Source: an uncultured Candidatus Saccharibacteria bacterium (lineage in GTDB: Bacteria > Patescibacteriota > Minisyncoccia > Phycocordibacterales > UBA9973). Taken from it: a DNA stretch of 64,000 nt. The stretch's first letter is position 1, and each line of letters starts with the position of its first letter. The stretch covers positions 80,172 through 144,171 of the forward strand of contig CAYZYV010000001.1 of NCBI GenBank assembly GCA_964482735.1, given 5' to 3'. Position numbers and translations under genes: made by a program. Below, one piece after another: positions 56,095 through 64,000 of the stretch. The notes under the pieces are model-generated. The model was not told the DNA's origin, made no database searches, and was given only the letters and a program-made list of their open reading frames with translations.

Positions 56095-56439
56095 TTAGAA
56101 TTGAAGTCCAGCTTCTCGCGCAGCGTCAGCTAGAGATTTTACTCGACCAGTGTATTTGAAACCATTACGATCAAAAACGCAATTTTTAACACCTTTTCCA
56201 AGCGCCAACTTTGCTACTTCACTTCCAACTGTTTTTGCTCTTTCGGTTTTAGTACCCTTATCTAATTTTATATCTGAAGCAGAAACAAGGGTTACACTTT
56301 TTTCATCATTTATAATTTGAGCATAAATGTAATTATTTGAACGAAAAACAGAGAGTCTTGGCCTTTCTTCCGTTCCAAAAATTTTAGCACGAATTTTGCT
56401 CTTTAGTCTTATTCTTTTGTCTGTCTTTTTGATAGTCAT
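56095..56439 (-). CDS. rplR: 50S ribosomal protein L18
   Basis: [18 protein letters not shown]... matches L18. Confidence 0.9.
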   Translation of the reverse strand: MTIKKTDKRIRLKSKIRAKIFGTEERPRLSVFRSNNYIYAQIINDEKSVTLVSASDIKLDKGTKTERAKTVGSEVAKLALGKGVKNCVFDRNGFKYTGRVKSLADAAREAGLQF

Positions 56440-56475
56440 AATTTTAATTTAAATTAATCTTATTGATGTTAGATT

Positions 56476-57012
56476 TTAGGAAGCTTTCTTACCTTGTTTT
56501 CGGCGAATAACTTCATTATCGTAACGGAAACCTTTACCTTTATAAGGTTCTGGTTTTTTGTTTGATCTAACAAGTGCGGCAAAAGAACCGACTAATTCTT
56601 TGTCTATTCCAGAAACAGTTATGTTGTTCTTCTCAGCTGTAACAGTAAGACCTTTTGGTATAGATATTTTAACTGGATGAGAAAAACCAAGTGCTAAGAC
56701 TAGATTATCTCCAGATACCTCTGATTTAAACCCTACCCCTTCAAGTATTAATTTCTTCGCATAACCTTCAGTTACTCCTAATATCATGTTTTTAACATGT
56801 GAGGCATAAGTTCCCCAAAGAGCATTCGTCTTTTTATCGTTTTCTTTTTTAGGAGTGAAAGTTATTTCATTACCATTAATGTTAATGGTAATTGCATCCT
56901 TAAGCTCTCTTGCAAGAGAACCTTTTGGACCTTTTACATTAAGAATGCCGGCAGAAAAATTGACTTCTACACCAGCGGGAATTGTTATGATTTGTTTTCC
57001 TATTCTACTCAT
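56476..57012 (-). CDS. rplF: 50S ribosomal protein L6
   Basis: MSRIGKQIITIPAGVEV matches L6. Confidence 0.9.
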   Translation of the reverse strand: MSRIGKQIITIPAGVEVNFSAGILNVKGPKGSLARELKDAITININGNEITFTPKKENDKKTNALWGTYASHVKNMILGVTEGYAKKLILEGVGFKSEVSGDNLVLALGFSHPVKISIPKGLTVTAEKNNITVSGIDKELVGSFAALVRSNKKPEPYKGKGFRYDNEVIRRKQGKKAS

Positions 57013-57037
57013 ATTTTTTAAAAAAATTATTGGTGTT

Positions 57038-57427
57038 CTACCACATCTTAAATAATACTTCTCCTCCGACCATTTCTTTTCTAGCTTCTTTGTCTGTCAA
57101 AATACCCTTAGGAGTAGAAAGAACTGTTATCCCTCGATAACCTCTTGTACCCTTTAAGTCTTTGATTCCTTTATAAACACGGCATGAAGACTTAGAAACC
57201 CTTTTTGTATCTTTTACTTTTGGTTCTCCATCTTCTTCGTAAGATAATTCCAATTCAATCACAGGGAAACCTTTTTTCATCTTTTTAGTTATATTCTTTA
57301 AATAACCTTCTCTGACTAGGCATTCTGCAATTGAATATTTTATATTTGAATGAGAAACAACCACAAGTTCGTGCCCTTTTAGGCTTGCGTTCTTGATCGT
57401 ATTTATCATGTTTGCAATTTGATCCAT
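57038..57427 (-). CDS. rpsH: 30S ribosomal protein S8
   Basis: DQIANMINTIKNA...ITVLSTPKGILTDKEARK matches S8. Confidence 0.9.
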   Translation of the reverse strand: MDQIANMINTIKNASLKGHELVVVSHSNIKYSIAECLVREGYLKNITKKMKKGFPVIELELSYEEDGEPKVKDTKRVSKSSCRVYKGIKDLKGTRGYRGITVLSTPKGILTDKEARKEMVGGEVLFKMW

Positions 57428-57546
57428 TCCGTTAGAAGTAAGTTCTAGTTCAGGACTTTAACCTACTGTATTTTAATTCTAAAATTGATAACTTAATTGT
57501 GATCCACTAATATTGTGACCGCAGTATTAGTAGCTTCCTTGTGTTT

Positions 57547-57732
57547 TTACCAAGAAGATTTTCTTACTCCTGGGAGCATACCTTCGTTAGCTAATTCTCT
57601 AAAACAAATTCTGCAAAGGCCAAAATCTCTCATGTAGCCATGAGCTCTTCCGCACTTAAAACAGCGATTCGTTTCTCGTGTGCTAAACTTAGACTTTTTC
57701 AAGTGTCTAGCTATAACTGATGTTTTTGCCAT
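57547..57732 (-). CDS. rpsZ: 30S ribosomal protein S14 type Z (zinc-binding)
   Basis: 61 aa with CFKCGR...CRICFR. Confidence 0.9.
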   Translation of the reverse strand: MAKTSVIARHLKKSKFSTRETNRCFKCGRAHGYMRDFGLCRICFRELANEGMLPGVRKSSW

Positions 57733-57965
57733 CCTAAATAAAAATTAAATATATTAATTAACTACCCTTCTGTTTAAAAGAGTAGATTACGACTTTAGTT
57801 AATAAAAATCACTCGCAGGTGATATCTCGTTTATTTTCTTACTTGTCTAAAAATCTTTATTTCTAGGCAAAAAAGGAGACAAACGGATCAAGACCTACTC
57901 AAAAATACTAGCAAATAAAGCCTTTTTTGTCAAACACAAGACCTAATTATTCAATAATAATAAAA

Positions 57966-57993
57966 CCCAAGGCATTACCCTCGGGTTTTATCT
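57966..57993 (-). terminator. Internal hairpin between rplE and rpsZ (attenuator/terminator-like)
   Basis: AAACCCAAGG-CATTAC-CCTCGGGTTTT with one mismatch, immediately after the rplE stop, inside an unusual 267-bp spacer. Confidence 0.4.
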
Positions 57994-57999
57994 TAGAAA

Positions 58000-58539
58000 T
58001 TATTTTTTGAATGGGATTCCAATCGTTGCAAAGAAATCAGTTGCTTCTTCTTTGTTTTTAGCTGTAGAAACCAAGGTGATAGCCATTCCAAAGACATCTC
58101 TCAACTCTTCGTCTCCTGTCTCAGGGAATATAGTGTGCTCTTTGATACTCATAGTTAGGTTACCGATATTATCAACAACTTTTTTGTCTATCCCTCTAAA
58201 GTCTTTTGTTCGAGGAATCGCTACGTTGATAAGTTTATCCAAGAATCCATACATGCGGGCTCCACGAAGGGTTACCATAACTCCAACAGGATCCCCTTGT
58301 CTTATCTTAAAGCTTGCTATAGATTTCTTGGCGCTTTTTACGGCTGGTTTTTGTCCTGTTATTTTTGCGATTCTATCTGTAACCAAGTCGTTATAGTCTT
58401 TGCTTCTCTTTAATCCCGAACCCGTACCACTGGAAACAACCACCTTTAACAATCGAGGTGCGGACATGACATTCTTGTAACCATACTTCTCTTTAAGAAT
58501 GCTGTATGATTTTTTTTCTTTTTGTTTTACTGTTTCCAT
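58000..58539 (-). CDS. rplE: 50S ribosomal protein L5
   Basis: Matches L5 in sequence and in operon position. Confidence 0.9.
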   Translation of the reverse strand: METVKQKEKKSYSILKEKYGYKNVMSAPRLLKVVVSSGTGSGLKRSKDYNDLVTDRIAKITGQKPAVKSAKKSIASFKIRQGDPVGVMVTLRGARMYGFLDKLINVAIPRTKDFRGIDKKVVDNIGNLTMSIKEHTIFPETGDEELRDVFGMAITLVSTAKNKEEATDFFATIGIPFKK

Positions 58540-58560
58540 CTTTATAATTTAAAATTATTA

Positions 58561-58779
58561 TTAATCTTTTTTTGCTACGTTTGATACATCAATTGGCATC
58601 GCAACTTCTAGTATTTGGCTAGGATCTCCTTTTTTCTTCGATTTGTGTGCTTTCTTTCGAAGATTTACTCCTTCTACTATAACTTTATTTAAACTAGGAA
58701 GTGCTCGAACAACTTTTCCTTTCTTCCCCTTACTTGCTCCAGCAATAACTATTACATTGTCTCCTTTTTTGATTTTCAT
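58561..58779 (-). CDS. rplX: 50S ribosomal protein L24
   Basis: MKIKKGDNVIVIAGASKGKKGKV (KOW motif). Confidence 0.9.
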   Translation of the reverse strand: MKIKKGDNVIVIAGASKGKKGKVVRALPSLNKVIVEGVNLRKKAHKSKKKGDPSQILEVAMPIDVSNVAKKD

Positions 58780-58793
58780 ATTATTAAAAGAAA

Positions 58794-59165
58794 TTAAACA
58801 ACTTCTTGAGCTAATGAAATAATTTTTTGGTATCCTCTTTCTGCAAGTTCTCTAGGAATAGGACCAAACACACGACCTCCTTTAGGATCCATTTTACCTT
58901 TATCCAAAACAACAGCGGCATTATCATCAAATCTTATGTATGAACCGTCTTTTCGGCGAAAAGCTTTAACTGTACGAACGATTACGGCCTGACAAACATC
59001 TTTTTTCTTAACTGCCTTTCTAGGTTCTGCTATTTTGATGGAAAGGACAACCTTATCTCCAATTTTGGCATAACGCTTCTTGGAAGAACCAACAATCTTG
59101 AAAACCTTCCCGATTTTACCTCCGGCGTTGTCAACGATATTTACTATTGTTCCGTCTTGAATCAT
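58794..59165 (-). CDS. rplN: 50S ribosomal protein L14
   Basis: MIQDGTIVNIVDNAGGK matches L14. Confidence 0.9.
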   Translation of the reverse strand: MIQDGTIVNIVDNAGGKIGKVFKIVGSSKKRYAKIGDKVVLSIKIAEPRKAVKKKDVCQAVIVRTVKAFRRKDGSYIRFDDNAAVVLDKGKMDPKGGRVFGPIPRELAERGYQKIISLAQEVV

Positions 59166-59169
59166 ATAA

Positions 59170-59415
59170 TTATCCTATTATTTTAAATTTTTTATCCTTA
59201 GAAATTGGTTTTGTTTCTTCAATTTCTACTAGATCTCCGACTTTTTTAGCATTCAATTCATCATGGGCTTTGTAATTCTTGGTTTTCTTTATTCTCTTAC
59301 CGTATTTTTTGTGTTCAACAAATCTTGTAACTTTAACAACCACGGTCTTGTCCATTTTATCTGAAACAACAACTCCCTTTATTACTTTTTTTGAATTTTT
59401 TATTTGTTTTTCCAT
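59170..59415 (-). CDS. rpsQ: 30S ribosomal protein S17
   Basis: [19 protein letters not shown]...HDE matches S17. Confidence 0.9.
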   Translation of the reverse strand: MEKQIKNSKKVIKGVVVSDKMDKTVVVKVTRFVEHKKYGKRIKKTKNYKAHDELNAKKVGDLVEIEETKPISKDKKFKIIG

Positions 59416-59421
59416 AAAATT

Positions 59422-59838
59422 TTATCGTGCTACTACACGAGTACTTACTGGCAACTTTGTTCCAGCCTTTCGAAGAGCTTCTTTTGCTGTTGCTTCTGGA
59501 ACTCCATCCACTTCAAAAATAATACGACCTGGTCTTATGTACAAACAATATCCTTCTGGATCTCCCTTACCTTTACCCATACCTACATTTGCAGCTTTTT
59601 GAGTAAATGGTCTATCGGGAAAAATTCTAATCCACATCCTTCCTATTTTACCAATAGTTCTTGATGTTACCTTTCTAGCTGATTCTATTTGGTTAGATCT
59701 GATTCTACCTCCTGTGACGGCTTTTAGTCCAAAAGAACCAAAAGAAACATCTACGCCTCTAGTATCTGCGGAAGCCTTGGACATATCCTTACGTCCTGTT
59801 TGCCATTTTCTATATTTTACTTTCTTTGGAATTAACAT
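59422..59838 (-). CDS. rplP: 50S ribosomal protein L16
   Basis: MLIPKKVKYRKWQTGR matches L16. Abuts S17 with no room for L29. Confidence 0.9.
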   Translation of the reverse strand: MLIPKKVKYRKWQTGRKDMSKASADTRGVDVSFGSFGLKAVTGGRIRSNQIESARKVTSRTIGKIGRMWIRIFPDRPFTQKAANVGMGKGKGDPEGYCLYIRPGRIIFEVDGVPEATAKEALRKAGTKLPVSTRVVAR

Positions 59839-59863
59839 AAGCTTTTTAGTATTATTCTATAAA

Positions 59864-60568
59864 TTATTGGCGGGCTTCTGAAAACGAACCTCGCTTGTTG
59901 TTTGCGACGTTATTGTTTTCTCGAAAAACTTCACCACGATAAATCCAGACCTTTATTCCTATATCTCCATAACTCATATGAGCTTTTTCTCTTGCAAAAT
60001 CAACATCAGCTCTGAAAGTTTGTAGGGGGATTGAACCTCTTTTGATTTGTTCACTCCTAGCAATTTCTGCCCCTGCTAATCTTCCTCCTAAATAAATACG
60101 AGCACCTTTTACTCCGCGAGTAGCTATAACTTTCTCTATCGCTTGCTTCATCACTCTTCTGTAAGGTAATCTCTTTTCTAGGCCTTCTGCAATAGAACAA
60201 GCAACAATAGCAGCATCTGCATCTGGGTTAACTACTTCTACTATATCCAATTTAAAATCTTCGGCAGTCTTAACTCCTTTCTTTATCAAAGCTTTCATCA
60301 TTTCAGCTTTTAGCTTGTTTACTCCGTCTCCACCTCTTCCAATAATCATTCCTGGTCTTGAGGTGTGAATTATAACCTTAGTTGCTTTTGCATTTCTTTC
60401 TATTTCAATTCTGGAAATATAAAAGCCTCTAAGTTTCTTAGTTAAAAACTCACGAATAATTACATCATTTTGCAATAAATTCTTGTATTTTTTATCAGCA
60501 AACCATCGTGATTTCCAATCACGTAGTGTTACCAATCTATGAGCGTATGGGTGAACTACTTTTGACAT
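59864..60568 (-). CDS. rpsC: 30S ribosomal protein S3
   Basis: KH domain and GxxG. IHPYAHRL, GRGG and RLAGAEIAR blocks. Confidence 0.9.
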   Translation of the reverse strand: MSKVVHPYAHRLVTLRDWKSRWFADKKYKNLLQNDVIIREFLTKKLRGFYISRIEIERNAKATKVIIHTSRPGMIIGRGGDGVNKLKAEMMKALIKKGVKTAEDFKLDIVEVVNPDADAAIVACSIAEGLEKRLPYRRVMKQAIEKVIATRGVKGARIYLGGRLAGAEIARSEQIKRGSIPLQTFRADVDFAREKAHMSYGDIGIKVWIYRGEVFRENNNVANNKRGSFSEARQ

Positions 60569-60584
60569 AATATTTCAGTACTAA

Positions 60585-61049
60585 TTATTCGTTAGCAACC
60601 TTCTTTTTACTAGTTTTTTTCGACTTTGTATCTTTTTTAACAACTTTTTTCTTAGGTTCTTTAACTTCTGCTTTTTCTGCCTTCTCTTCCTTTACCGCTT
60701 CAACTTTCTTTGATTTTTTTGCAGACTTTTTCTCAGATAAACTAATCTCTACGTGGCTTGTTCTCTTGTTGATACGAGAAGCACTACCTCTAGCGCGAGG
60801 CATAATCCTCTTTAGAACAACACCTTTGTTAACTACCATGTTTTCTACTACCAAATCCTCTTCGTTTACTCCAAGATTCTTGGCATTAGAAATAGCTGAA
60901 ACTAATAATTTCTTTATTGGTAATGATGCCCTTTTTGGTAAATTATCAAGAATAATAAGAGCTTCGGCAACCCTCTTGCCTTTTATGAGTCCCGCTACAA
61001 GGGCAACCTTGCGAGGAGACTGTCTATAATTTTTTAAAAATGCTTTCAT
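60585..61049 (-). CDS. rplV: 50S ribosomal protein L22 with Lys-rich C-terminal extension
   Basis: AFLKNYRQSPRKVALVAGLIKGKRVAEAL matches L22. C-terminal approximately 50 aa are K/E-rich. Confidence 0.85.
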   Translation of the reverse strand: MKAFLKNYRQSPRKVALVAGLIKGKRVAEALIILDNLPKRASLPIKKLLVSAISNAKNLGVNEEDLVVENMVVNKGVVLKRIMPRARGSASRINKRTSHVEISLSEKKSAKKSKKVEAVKEEKAEKAEVKEPKKKVVKKDTKSKKTSKKKVANE

Positions 61050-61061
61050 ACTTTATTAATT

Positions 61062-61406
61062 TTACTTTTTCTTTGTATCAGTTGTACTTTTGGCGGCCTT
61101 GGCTGCAGCTATTTCTGCTTCTTTCTTCTTTGCTTCTAATTCTTTCTGCATCTTACCTCCGTGTCTAATGAACTTTCTTGTTGGTGAAAATTCTCCAAGT
61201 CGATGCCCTACCATATCTTCATTAACCAAAACTTCTATGTGATTCTTTCCATTGTGGACTCCAAAAACAAATCCAACCATTTCAGGAGATATAACACAAG
61301 CTCTTGACCATGTCTTAATAACCCCAGTTTCCAAGGGTTTCTTTCCGGCAATCTTTTGCAAAAGCCTTTCGTCTACATATGGACCTTTTTTAAGTGATCT
61401 TGTCAT
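61062..61406 (-). CDS. rpsS: 30S ribosomal protein S19
   Basis: [16 protein letters not shown]...[11 protein letters not shown] matches S19. Lys/Ala-rich C-terminal tail. Confidence 0.9.
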   Translation of the reverse strand: MTRSLKKGPYVDERLLQKIAGKKPLETGVIKTWSRACVISPEMVGFVFGVHNGKNHIEVLVNEDMVGHRLGEFSPTRKFIRHGGKMQKELEAKKKEAEIAAAKAAKSTTDTKKK

Positions 61407-61476
61407 AATTAAATTAATAAGCTCATACTGAGCTCGTGAAGTCTATCTTAGCAGAAATAAAAATAAAGTCAAATAT

Positions 61477-61875
61477 TTATAGCAAAGCAATGACCTTTGG
61501 ACCAAAGATAAGTAGACCAACTAGTCCAGCTAAGAAACAGGCTAATAGAACCGCCCCTGCAGAAATATCTTTAATATCTTTTGCCATAGGATGATACCCT
61601 GGGCTTGTTAAATCAGTATCTACTTCTATTGCTGTATTTATTGTTTCCGTAATAATTACAAGAAGGGTAACGATCGCAATCAACGACCATTCAGTAGTGT
61701 TTAATTTTAGAACAAACCCTAAATATATAGCTAAAATCGCAAAAAAAACTTCTGCCCAAGCGTTATGAGTAGTCTTTAACATAATCCACAACCCTCTCCA
61801 AGCGTTATCAGAACTTCTTAATCTTGAAATTATAGAAAATTTCTTTTTTTCTGAAATTTTTTGATTTGATTCCAT
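61477..61875 (-). CDS. dgkA: Diacylglycerol/undecaprenol kinase (DgkA family) inserted between rpsS and rplB
   Basis: Three TM helices. RLRSSDNAWRGL, ETINTAIE and HPMAKDIKDISAGAVL blocks follow the DgkA motif order (E..N.AIE...D......HP.AK..KD.AA.AV). Confidence 0.6.
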   Translation of the reverse strand: MESNQKISEKKKFSIISRLRSSDNAWRGLWIMLKTTHNAWAEVFFAILAIYLGFVLKLNTTEWSLIAIVTLLVIITETINTAIEVDTDLTSPGYHPMAKDIKDISAGAVLLACFLAGLVGLLIFGPKVIALL

Positions 61876-61932
61876 ACGCTTATTATATACTAGTAAAAAT
61901 AAAAATAAAAATATTTTATTAATTCATCAATG

Positions 61933-61966
61933 CATCAAAAAATCCCCGATTGGGGGTTTTTTGATG
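61933..61966. repeat. 34-bp palindromic hairpin CATCAAAAAATCCCCGATTGGGGGTTTTTTGATG (copy 1)
   Basis: Near-identical copy at 63066-63099. The two bracket ORF 61975-63039. Confidence 0.65.
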
Positions 61967-61974
61967 ATAGGTGA

Positions 61975-63039
61975 TTAGTAATTAATCTTATATGTTAAGA
62001 CAGGTTCATCTAAAGCAGGAATGCTTGTTTCTAAAACCGAAAACCCCATAGGAACTAAAACTGTTTTGGTTACAGACATATCTTTGCCTTTCTTATCTTT
62101 ATAATTAAAAGTATAAGTGACTGAATATTCCCTGTCTGAATCAGACTCTAAATCATAAACTGCATCAAAAAGATCATCTGAATCAGTCATACCCAAAACA
62201 CCCATAAAAGATAAATCTAATTTATGCACAACGGCTGGTTTAATTTCAGAAGCTTTCTTGTCTGTATTATCAAGATATTTAAAATCAATTTCAACCACTC
62301 CGTCATCGGCTGATACTGAATCAATCATTGTTTTACCAGCGTCAACAGAGATAGTTTCCGAATAAACATTTTCTCTTTGTTCTGCCCCTGGATAAACTCC
62401 TGTATTTTTATAAGCAATAGTATACTGGATGGTTGCTGGTATCTCCGTATCAGCAATTATCCACAAAGGTTGACCACTGGTTCCAGGTACTGACCAACCG
62501 TTGCTTGGTTTAGTGTATAATTTCACCCTTCCTGTTTTGTCACTATTAGAATCTATATATGTTACAGAACGAATCGTGCTTTGAGTTTTGTCTTCTTTGA
62601 CTGTATCTATCTCGTCTGTTTTTGTTTTATCTGTACTTTTGTCTTCATCTTGTGGAGAATTTTTTTTGGCTGTTATGGAAGGTTCTTCTGTGGGCACTGG
62701 CAATACATCTTTATCTTCAACACTCTCTATTGCATCTTCCTGAACTATTTTTGAGTTAAAATTCAACAATATTTTGATATCTTTTTTAAAACAGAATACA
62801 CATATTAATATAATTATAAAAATACCAGAGCAAATAATTATTTTCACAAAACTCTTTTTACTCTTTTGAGGCAGCCCTTGTTGCCCTTCTAAAAACATGA
62901 AGCCTTCATTGATATCATCATTCGTCCAGCCTGCAGACAAAAGTTTTTGAGTGATATCTTCTTTTAAAGAACCTAATTCTTTTTGTGTTTTAATAAAATT
63001 TATGAGATCTTGATTAATCATATACATGTATTGTAACAC
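61975..63039 (-). CDS. Hypothetical membrane-anchored protein (354 aa) inserted in the S10 ribosomal operon
   Basis: Single N-terminal TM (FVKIIICSGIFIIILICVFCF). Large extracytoplasmic domain rich in T/D/K. No recognisable motif. Confidence 0.4.
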   Translation of the reverse strand: MLQYMYMINQDLINFIKTQKELGSLKEDITQKLLSAGWTNDDINEGFMFLEGQQGLPQKSKKSFVKIIICSGIFIIILICVFCFKKDIKILLNFNSKIVQEDAIESVEDKDVLPVPTEEPSITAKKNSPQDEDKSTDKTKTDEIDTVKEDKTQSTIRSVTYIDSNSDKTGRVKLYTKPSNGWSVPGTSGQPLWIIADTEIPATIQYTIAYKNTGVYPGAEQRENVYSETISVDAGKTMIDSVSADDGVVEIDFKYLDNTDKKASEIKPAVVHKLDLSFMGVLGMTDSDDLFDAVYDLESDSDREYSVTYTFNYKDKKGKDMSVTKTVLVPMGFSVLETSIPALDEPVLTYKINY

Positions 63040-63065
63040 AATTTTTTATCTTCGGACATCAAAAA

Positions 63066-63099
63066 ATCCCCGATTGGGGATTTTTTGATGATAGAGATT
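63066..63099. repeat. 34-bp palindromic hairpin (copy 2)
   Basis: CATCAAAAAATCCCCGATTGGGGATTTTTTGATG. Confidence 0.65.
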
Positions 63100-63122
63100 T
63101 TTCAAATCTATTTTTTTCTTGC

Positions 63123-63199
63123 CCTGCCCGCAATGCTTTCGCATAGGCGATGCAAGCGGGCCTGCCCGCAATGCCTAAAGCATAGCTTTTGCAGGCGGG
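63123..63199. repeat. Two tandem units of the 40-bp CCTGCCCGCAATGC...GCRRGCGGG repeat (copies 2 and 3)
   Basis: 63123-63160 and 63161-63199. The second unit is nearly identical to 5719-5758. Confidence 0.6.
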
Positions 63200-63236
63200 C
63201 CACCTTTCAATAAGTATTTTCTTGTATGAATCTTTC

Positions 63237-63998
63237 TTATTTGCCTCCTTTTCTAGTTTTACCTACACGGCGGCGAGAAACAATCCACATGTTTGAATAC
63301 TTCTTTGGTGTTCTTGTCTTTTGACCCTTTCCGGTTGGTTTACCCCACAAGCTTTTAGCTCTTCGGATACCCCTACCTTGTCGTCCTTCACCTCCACCAT
63401 GTGGGTGGTCTACAGGGTTCATCGCTGTACCTCTGACTGTTGGACGAATTCCTTTCCATCTGGATCTCCCAGCTTTACCAAAATTCTGAAGTTTGTATTC
63501 TGCGTTTGAAACTTCTCCAATTGAAGCCCATGCATTCTCAGAAATTTTTCTGATTTCTGTTGAAGGCATTTTTACGTTCGCATAGCCTAAGTCATTTGCG
63601 ACAACTTGTCCATAAGCTCCGGCAGATCTAACTAACTTAGCTCCATTACCTGGCTTAATTTCAACGTTGTAAACGAATGTTCCTACTGGTATCAATTTCA
63701 ATGGCAATCTATTTCCTACAGTAACTGGAGCCTTTTCTGAAACAACAAACGTATCTCCAACCTTTACTGTCTTAGGAACAACTACATATCTCTTTTCTCC
63801 ATCTTTATAGACAGCTAAGCCTATAAATGCATTACGATTTGGATCATATTCAATTGAAGTAATTTTTGCAGGAATTTCATATTTATTGTATTTGAAATCA
63901 ACAATACGATATGATCTCTTGTGTCCACCACCTTTATGTCTAGTGGTAATTCTTCCTTGATTATTTCTTCCAACTGATCTCTTGAAACCCTTAGTCAA
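63237..63998 (-). CDS. rplB: 50S ribosomal protein L2 (N-terminus runs off the window)
   Basis: GRNNQGRITTRHKGGGHKRSYR, GTAMNPVDHPHGGGEG. The reading frame is still open at the window edge. Confidence 0.9.
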   Translation of the reverse strand: MTKGFKRSVGRNNQGRITTRHKGGGHKRSYRIVDFKYNKYEIPAKITSIEYDPNRNAFIGLAVYKDGEKRYVVVPKTVKVGDTFVVSEKAPVTVGNRLPLKLIPVGTFVYNVEIKPGNGAKLVRSAGAYGQVVANDLGYANVKMPSTEIRKISENAWASIGEVSNAEYKLQNFGKAGRSRWKGIRPTVRGTAMNPVDHPHGGGEGRQGRGIRRAKSLWGKPTGKGQKTRTPKKYSNMWIVSRRRVGKTRKGGK

Positions 63999-64000
63999 TG

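Overview
AT-rich window, about one third GC by eye, with many small proteins and tight gene packing. Its gene content fits a reduced genome of the Patescibacteria/CPR type; that is an inference from gene content, not a database hit. In order, the window holds the following. (1) A housekeeping block on the minus strand: pyrG, ftsX, ftsE, then an RF2 gene whose ATG directly abuts a tRNA-Thr. (2) A tRNA island at 5.5-7.1 kb with tRNA-Thr(CGU), tRNA-Thr(GGU), an initiator-like tRNA(CAU), an elongator tRNA-Met(CAU), tRNA-Asp(GUC) and several tRNA pseudo-fragments. (3) phoH-like, gatA, gatC and ligA. (4) A large minus-strand type IV pilus/competence locus at 13.3-26.2 kb: four pseudopilins, pilD, three tandem major-pilin paralogs, pilC, pilT, pilB, pilO/N-like, pilM, and comF on the plus strand. 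(5) tRNA-Ser(GCU), then a radical-SAM enzyme with a TrmB-like regulator and a GT2 glycosyltransferase. (6) A DksA/TraR-family gene, ackA, recG, ftsH, smpB plus a confidently placed tmRNA (ssrA, 39316-39704), pepF, infC-rpmI-rplT, an RNase-J-like beta-CASP nuclease and ndk. (7) A pilin-DUF1566 fusion next to a 914-aa VirB4/HerA-like ATPase and a wHTH regulator that has a paralog at 35.5 kb. (8) map, an archaeal-type pyrH, adk, secY and the spc/S10 ribosomal cluster from rplO to rplB. This cluster lacks L30 and L29 and carries a dgkA plus hypothetical-gene insertion. Most unusual is a family of GC-richer palindromic mini-elements. Some copies sit in-frame inside essential genes: recG with a perfect 26-bp TIR, ligA, and possibly the pilin-DUF1566 gene. 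Others sit next to tRNA and tmRNA genes. Together with repeated partial duplications of tRNA 5' ends, the tRNA-Ser 3' end and the tmRNA 3' end, they point to integration and recombination activity at RNA genes. Also notable are a tRNA-Ile(UAU), a rare way of decoding AUA, and two wHTH proteins with a Cas2/VapD-like C-terminal motif, each bracketed by its own palindromic site pair. No CRISPR array was seen.
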